Shown: positions 38,552-43,029 of the stretch, one piece after another
Numbering within the stretch: position 1 is the first letter of the stretch
Layout: the number at the start of each line of letters is the position of its first letter
Source of the DNA: Promethearchaeota archaeon
GTDB lineage: Archaea > Asgardarchaeota > Lokiarchaeia > Sigyniarchaeales > SOKP01
Assembly: GCA_011364975.1 (NCBI GenBank)
Contig: RDOE01000021.1
Location: 1-43,029, forward strand
Direction: 5' to 3'
Length of the DNA: 43,029 bases
Notes under the pieces: generated by a model
What the model was told of the DNA's origin: nothing
Seen by the model: the letters and a program-made list of their open reading frames with translations, nothing else
The model's database searches: none
Program-made: the position numbers and the translations under genes

Positions 38552-38621
38552 TTGGCTTTAACCCGGGCATGGGCAGTTATATCCAATCTATTATTTTTAT
38601 TGGATATTCATCCTAAGCCAA
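38552..38621 (-). promoter_or_regulatory. Candidate SECIS element (eukaryote-like kink-turn hairpin) overlapping the vhuU stop
   Basis: mRNA: GGC(UU)AG-GAU-GA-AUAUCCAAU-AAAAAUAAUAG-AUUGGAUAU-AA-CUGCC; perfect 9-bp stem, A-run loop, AUGA core; the 3' side has AA rather than the canonical GA. Confidence 0.6.
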
Positions 38622-38760
38622 CGTTCAACTTTCGAGAGTAAATCTCTTCACCGTTTTCTTTAACTACGGTTAAATGAGCCGCGCAGCTTAATCAACAATC
38701 AAAACAGCGCACGATCATTTCCAACAGATTTACTACTCCCTCAGGCACGTCTTCACTCAT
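38608..38760 (-). CDS. vhuU: Selenocysteine-containing [NiFeSe]-hydrogenase subunit VhuU (not in the ORF track)
   Basis: Manual translation MSEDVPEGVVNLLEMIVRCFDC-U-LSCAAHLTVVKENGEEIYSRKLNVGLG*; in-frame TGA at 38692-38694 sits at the first ligand of the D-x-[C/U]-x2-C-x2-H motif that VhuA lacks; alternative GTG start at 38772 after GGAG. Confidence 0.9.
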
Positions 38761-38798
38761 TTTAATATTCACGTTTTCTCCTTTAATTTTTATATTGT

Positions 38799-40103
38799 TT
38801 ATTTAATCCAAGGTTCGGGTAGTTTTAAACCATCCAAGGCCTTGTCTTCAAATACCTGCTTAGCAACATGCATTAATGTTTTCTCGATCCCTGCAATATT
38901 ATGATTTGTCGCCACAAGAAGGTTAGCTTTCTTACATAGCCCATCAGCATCTGAAAAGATATGATACAAAAGAAGACCTCTCGGGGCTTCAACTACGCCC
39001 ACACCATCAGCTTCTCTGGGTTCAACATCTAAGGTCTTGCAATCAGGATTTACTATATCTGGATCTTGAAGCAATGTGGCAATCATTTCAATGGATTCGA
39101 CCAATTCAATTAAACGCGCCCAATGATAAGCAAAAGTGAAATGGGGAGTATTCCCAATTTTTGCTCTCATTGCTTTTAATGCCTCATCTGCTAAGGGAGT
39201 AGCCATCTTATCTGCAGCATTTATCATTGCTAAAGTATTTGCCCTATATATACCATCTGGATATCCTGCGGGTTTATAATACATGTGAGTTGCATAAGAA
39301 TGCTCCGGAATATGCTCTCCCAGTGCTTCCAAATATTTTTGAGGAGGATAATCAAATTTCTGACCATCAGGACTTACAATTCGAATATCTCCTTCGTAAA
39401 TATCATGAACACCGTTTTTTGTCATACCAGCATAGTAAGTTGGCACTACACCAACATTAGCTACGACATCCCAATAATCCTCGACAACCTTTAAGCCAAT
39501 ATCAACTGTCTTTTTTGACCACTCAACTTGGTCCTCAATCTGCTTTAAGAATTTATCCCGAGCGGTTTCATCCATCGCCTTTTTCATCCCACCAACGATT
39601 GCACTTATGGGATGGACAGATTTACCACCGATCTCGGCACATAACTTCTGCCCGAAGTCCATCATCTTTAAAGCCATAGCCCCTACATCAGGCATCTTGC
39701 TAATGACATGAACAACATTCCTTAACGCGGGGTCTGCAAAAGGTCCTAATAGAAAATCTGGTGCAGCTAATGCATAAAAATGTAATGCATGAGAACTGTA
39801 TTGTTTTGCATTCATGAGCAATTGTCTTAATTTATATGCAGGTTCGGGAATTTGAACACCCCATGCATCTTCTACTGCTTTAGTTGGAGCTATATGATGA
39901 GGTATTGGACAGATTCCACAGATTCTAGGAGTAATCCTTGGGATGTGTTCACAATATCGACCCTCAAGAAACTTTTCAAAGAATCTTGTGGATGTGATAT
40001 TGAACTGCACATCCTTAACTTTGCCATCATCGCTTAGGACTAATCTTAAACCACCATGTCCCTCTAATCGAGTGACTGGTTCTACTTCTATCACTTTATC
40101 CAT
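38799..40103 (-). CDS. vhuA: Group 3c [NiFe(Se)]-hydrogenase large subunit, split type (lacks C-terminal L2 motif)
   Basis: TRLEGHG, RFFEKFL.GR, RICGICP..H (L1), EAPRG.L, LLVAT.HN; ends PEPWIK with no DPCxxC. Confidence 0.93.
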   Translation of the reverse strand: MDKVIEVEPVTRLEGHGGLRLVLSDDGKVKDVQFNITSTRFFEKFLEGRYCEHIPRITPRICGICPIPHHIAPTKAVEDAWGVQIPEPAYKLRQLLMNAKQYSSHALHFYALAAPDFLLGPFADPALRNVVHVISKMPDVGAMALKMMDFGQKLCAEIGGKSVHPISAIVGGMKKAMDETARDKFLKQIEDQVEWSKKTVDIGLKVVEDYWDVVANVGVVPTYYAGMTKNGVHDIYEGDIRIVSPDGQKFDYPPQKYLEALGEHIPEHSYATHMYYKPAGYPDGIYRANTLAMINAADKMATPLADEALKAMRAKIGNTPHFTFAYHWARLIELVESIEMIATLLQDPDIVNPDCKTLDVEPREADGVGVVEAPRGLLLYHIFSDADGLCKKANLLVATNHNIAGIEKTLMHVAKQVFEDKALDGLKLPEPWIK

Positions 40104-40114
40104 TCTTTTATCAC

Positions 40115-41431
40115 CTATCTATAATTTTTATTTGCAGCTAATGTGAACTTCTCACTAAAGCCGATCTTGTCTTTGATTTGACTTAAGAGATCTTCTTTGC
40201 TTAAAGCTACATTAAATTGTTTCGTTGCTATATCAGCAAATCGTTCGGCTTGATTAACGTTCCACTCTGTTTGACCGAAGCAACCAGAGCAGGGGGCGTT
40301 AACCCGTATACACATACCACCACAGCCAGCTCTTGTAATAGGTCCTGCACATAGATATCCTTGTTCAATAAAACAGTCCTCCATATTTGGAAGGCCTTCA
40401 TAATCACGTTTAACACGAGTCATTTGAGATTTGCTTCCAATAATTCGGGGACATGTATCACAAACATTTGATATCTCAGTGAACTCTCTATGATCTCGTA
40501 AGTATGCCATTACTTTAGAGGCTATCTCTGCAGTATCACTTGGAATATTTGCTAATGAAGTTGAAGCTTTTCCATGAATTTTAATTTGTTTTAAGATGTC
40601 TGCGGATAAGTCAAATCCTGCCATTAAGGGAACGTTTAGGAAAAGAGGTAAAAATTCATATACACTTTTTTTATTTCCTGAACTTAATCCCCCAATATTT
40701 CCAACCATTTCTTTCAATTTTGCGGTTCGAGAAGATACGGTTTTTGCAGGTCCTAAGCATCCTACACAAGGTTTACCATTATTAGTACATTTTAATTCAC
40801 AACCAGTACTAGTAATAGGACCGAAACAGAGAACACCTTTCTCCAATAAACAATTTTCATTATTTAAAGAGCAATTATTACAAAATGCCGAATCTGCCAT
40901 AGGTTGTGGCTTTTGACCTAGCAAAAATGCAACAGCACTAATAATGGCTTCAGGTTTTGGAGGACATCCGCTTATATATGCATCAATTGAAATTACTTCG
41001 TCTGTAGGAACTATTTTTGAAGCAAAACCGGGCATATGTTCTTTAGGTTCATGTGGACTTTCATTAGTTATGGATTCCGCTTGTTCGAATTTGCGCTTAA
41101 CAGAATCTTGAATATCCCACACATTAGCTAACCCATGAACATTTCCGTAGCAAGAGCAAGAGCCGAAAGCAATTATTAATTGGCATTTTGCTCGCATTAG
41201 TTTTACATTTTCTACATCTTCGTTAGTTCGTAATGAACCCTCCACGAATCCGACAAGAATATCACCATCGGGTCTAGCTTTCAAAGAGTCATGTTTAAAG
41301 TCAACAACAGCTGGCCAATATACAATATCGAGTGCTGGGAGAATTGGCAACAATCCTAAATGTGCATTTAATAAGGATTGATGACAACCCCAACAATCTG
41401 ATCCTTGCATAAAAGCTACTTTTACTGCCAT
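40115..41431 (-). CDS. vhuG: Group 3c hydrogenase small subunit with duplicated C-terminal Fe-S module
   Basis: CWGC, EGS, FGSC, GCPP proximal ligands, then two 8-Cys modules CxxC..C..C.GPIT..GC...C.....PCxGC. Confidence 0.9.
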   Translation of the reverse strand: MAVKVAFMQGSDCWGCHQSLLNAHLGLLPILPALDIVYWPAVVDFKHDSLKARPDGDILVGFVEGSLRTNEDVENVKLMRAKCQLIIAFGSCSCYGNVHGLANVWDIQDSVKRKFEQAESITNESPHEPKEHMPGFASKIVPTDEVISIDAYISGCPPKPEAIISAVAFLLGQKPQPMADSAFCNNCSLNNENCLLEKGVLCFGPITSTGCELKCTNNGKPCVGCLGPAKTVSSRTAKLKEMVGNIGGLSSGNKKSVYEFLPLFLNVPLMAGFDLSADILKQIKIHGKASTSLANIPSDTAEIASKVMAYLRDHREFTEISNVCDTCPRIIGSKSQMTRVKRDYEGLPNMEDCFIEQGYLCAGPITRAGCGGMCIRVNAPCSGCFGQTEWNVNQAERFADIATKQFNVALSKEDLLSQIKDKIGFSEKFTLAANKNYR

Positions 41432-41655
41432 TTTATATCCTTTTTTTTTGTAATTTTTATTTTAAATAGAATTGATAACTAAGCTAATTTATTTTAAAAT
41501 AATTAGTTATGTTTTTTTACTCACAATTTTATAAAAATCTTCTTAATTTATGGATTAAGTCCTATTGGATTTGTGGTTATTAGACAAATTTTTCACTTTA
41601 TATTACTGAAAACTATAACCTAAACTCTTTTAATTTGTAAATCGTTTTTTCACCT

Positions 41656-42708
41656 ATGAGTATGAAAAAAGTGAGTTCGAGCGTTATTCGGTTAGCTCAT
41701 GGTGCGGGTGGTGTGTTACAAGAAGAATTAATTAATTTCATTACACGCAATATCACTTATAAGAGAGTGAATAAAGGAATTGGAGTAGAAGAATTGGATG
41801 ATGGCGCTACTATTCCTTTAGAAGATTATGATCAAGAAATTGTGGTTACGGCAGATGGTCATACAGTATATCCTATCTTTTTTCCTGGAGGTAATTTAGG
41901 GATTTTAAGTGTATGTGGTACGGTTAATGATTTAATCATGATGGGAGCCCAACCTTTAGCAATTACTTCTATCATAATCATTGAAGAGGGCTTTTCATTT
42001 GATTCTTTAGAAAAAATCGTGAATTCATTTAATTTCAAGGCTAAGGAAGCAAATATTGCTATAATTGCAGGAGATACTAAAATAATGCCAAGAGGAACAT
42101 TAAATGAAATAATCATGGCTACAACGGGGATCGGATTAAAAGATAAAAATATAAAAGTATTAGATAGCAATTGTCAAGTTGGAGATAAAATTATTATCAC
42201 GGGGAGTATCGCCGATCATGGTACTGCATTGATAGGTAGCCGTGAAGGCTTAAATATTGCGTCCGATCTAACCTCAGATGTAAACCTATTAACGGATATT
42301 TACGAAGTGTTAAAGCCAGAATTAGCAGAAAACATTATTCATGCGATGAAAGATCCTACACGAGGTGGAATTGCTGGAGCGTTAAATAATTGGGCAAGTA
42401 AATCGAATGTAAGTATTCAATTAATCGAAGAATCAATTCCAATTAAAAGGCAAGTTAGTGCTATTTGTGAAATGCTCGGTCTTGATCCATTTATGATTGC
42501 ATCAGAAGGAAGAGCTTTAATATCAGTAAATCCAAAGAATGTAAATGATATTTTAGAGAAAATACGCTCTACCAAAATGGGTAGAGATGCAGAAATCATT
42601 GGAGAAGTAAAAAAAGATAATCCTAAAAAGGTATTTTTGAAAACACTTGTTGGAGGAACTCGCTTTGTGGACATGCCCTTAGGAGAGCCTATCCCTAGAA
42701 TTTGTTAA
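41656..42708 (+). CDS. hypE: Hydrogenase maturation carbamoyl dehydratase HypE
   Basis: LAHGAGG, DDGA, P.FFPGG, GTVND, GDTK, DPTRGG, C-terminal PRIC. Confidence 0.96.
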   Translation: MSMKKVSSSVIRLAHGAGGVLQEELINFITRNITYKRVNKGIGVEELDDGATIPLEDYDQEIVVTADGHTVYPIFFPGGNLGILSVCGTVNDLIMMGAQPLAITSIIIIEEGFSFDSLEKIVNSFNFKAKEANIAIIAGDTKIMPRGTLNEIIMATTGIGLKDKNIKVLDSNCQVGDKIIITGSIADHGTALIGSREGLNIASDLTSDVNLLTDIYEVLKPELAENIIHAMKDPTRGGIAGALNNWASKSNVSIQLIEESIPIKRQVSAICEMLGLDPFMIASEGRALISVNPKNVNDILEKIRSTKMGRDAEIIGEVKKDNPKKVFLKTLVGGTRFVDMPLGEPIPRIC

Positions 42709-42768
42709 AGTAGGATAAAATAATGATATTTTTGATAGAAAGAAAAAAGTTGGAGCTGATAAATTACC

Positions 42769-43029
42769 ATGGAAATTCTTGGAACTAAATACTTACGAAA
42801 TAAGGATTTCACAAATAAAGTAATAAAAGCTATAACTAAACTAACCCGTGAAATTAACAGAAAAATTAAATTGATGCATGTATGTGGTACTCATGAACAT
42901 ACTATATCCAAATATGGATTAAGGAGTTTATTACCAAAAGAGATCGAAATACTATCTGGTCCAGGTTGTCCTGTATGCGTATGCCCTGCTGCGGATATTG
43001 ATAAAGCAATAGAGCTAGGAAAGAGAAAG
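42769..43029 (+). CDS. hypD: Hydrogenase maturation protein HypD (5' part, runs off the window end; not in the ORF track)
   Basis: Manual translation MEILGTKYLRNK...KLMHVCGTHEHTISKYGLRSLLP..IEILSGPGCPVCVCP. Confidence 0.95.
   Translation, partial: MEILGTKYLRNKDFTNKVIKAITKLTREINRKIKLMHVCGTHEHTISKYGLRSLLPKEIEILSGPGCPVCVCPAADIDKAIELGKRK

Noticed and set aside
38288-38641. 117-aa plus-strand ORF over hdrC and the vhuU 3' region
   Set aside because: Antisense to hdrC and vhuU with no recognisable motifs; the minus strand explains the region
38799-40103. vhuA as a truncated pseudogene
   Set aside because: The missing C-terminal motif is supplied by the adjacent vhuU, as in known split Vhu enzymes
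2249-42674. Other short ORFs nested antisense in long genes (e.g. 2249, 3029, 7310, 11695, 12292, 12807, 13127, 13994, 17267, 24507, 26306, 29411, 29684, 35871, 39227-39943, 40596, 41859, 42417) and the same-strand alternate-frame ORF at 40228
   Set aside because: Largely or wholly overlap well-supported genes and have no motifs

Overview
AT-rich, gene-dense archaeal window, most likely from a Lokiarchaeia (Asgard) genome. That assignment is inferred from a single-domain gelsolin, a Rab-like GTPase with a longin/uDENN-like N-terminus, a Rag/Arf-like GTPase with a roadblock-like C-terminus, and a UPF0147 protein. Recognisable genes include a macrodomain protein, ppsA, a BlaI-type repressor/M48-M56 protease pair divergent from an ABC exporter operon, a three-gene TcmP-like methyltransferase + radical SAM + wHTH cassette, a full acetone carboxylase-like acxABC operon, GH32, ADP-forming acetyl-CoA synthetase with a DRTGG partner, cyclophilin, endonuclease V, CooC, hypC/hypE/hypD and a vhuG-vhuA-(vhuU)-hdrC-hdrB operon. 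Main hidden signals: (1) a selenoprotein gene (vhuU, 38608-38760, minus) absent from the ORF track; it supplies the C-terminal Ni ligands missing from VhuA and is followed by a eukaryote-like SECIS candidate whose AUGA core contains the gene's own UGA stop. (2) A hydrogenase small subunit with a duplicated 8-Cys Fe-S module, in an operon lacking hdrA/mvhD. (3) A canonical PCNA-binding PIP box on the TcmP-like methyltransferase, suggesting a replication-coupled DNA modification or repair system. (4) Four regularly spaced palindromic operators in the BlaI intergenic region. (5) A 66-aa ultra-acidic protein with WASP-like DDEWD motifs. No rRNA, tRNA, CRISPR array or transposase was recognised. 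All family assignments come from reading motifs by eye, not from database searches.
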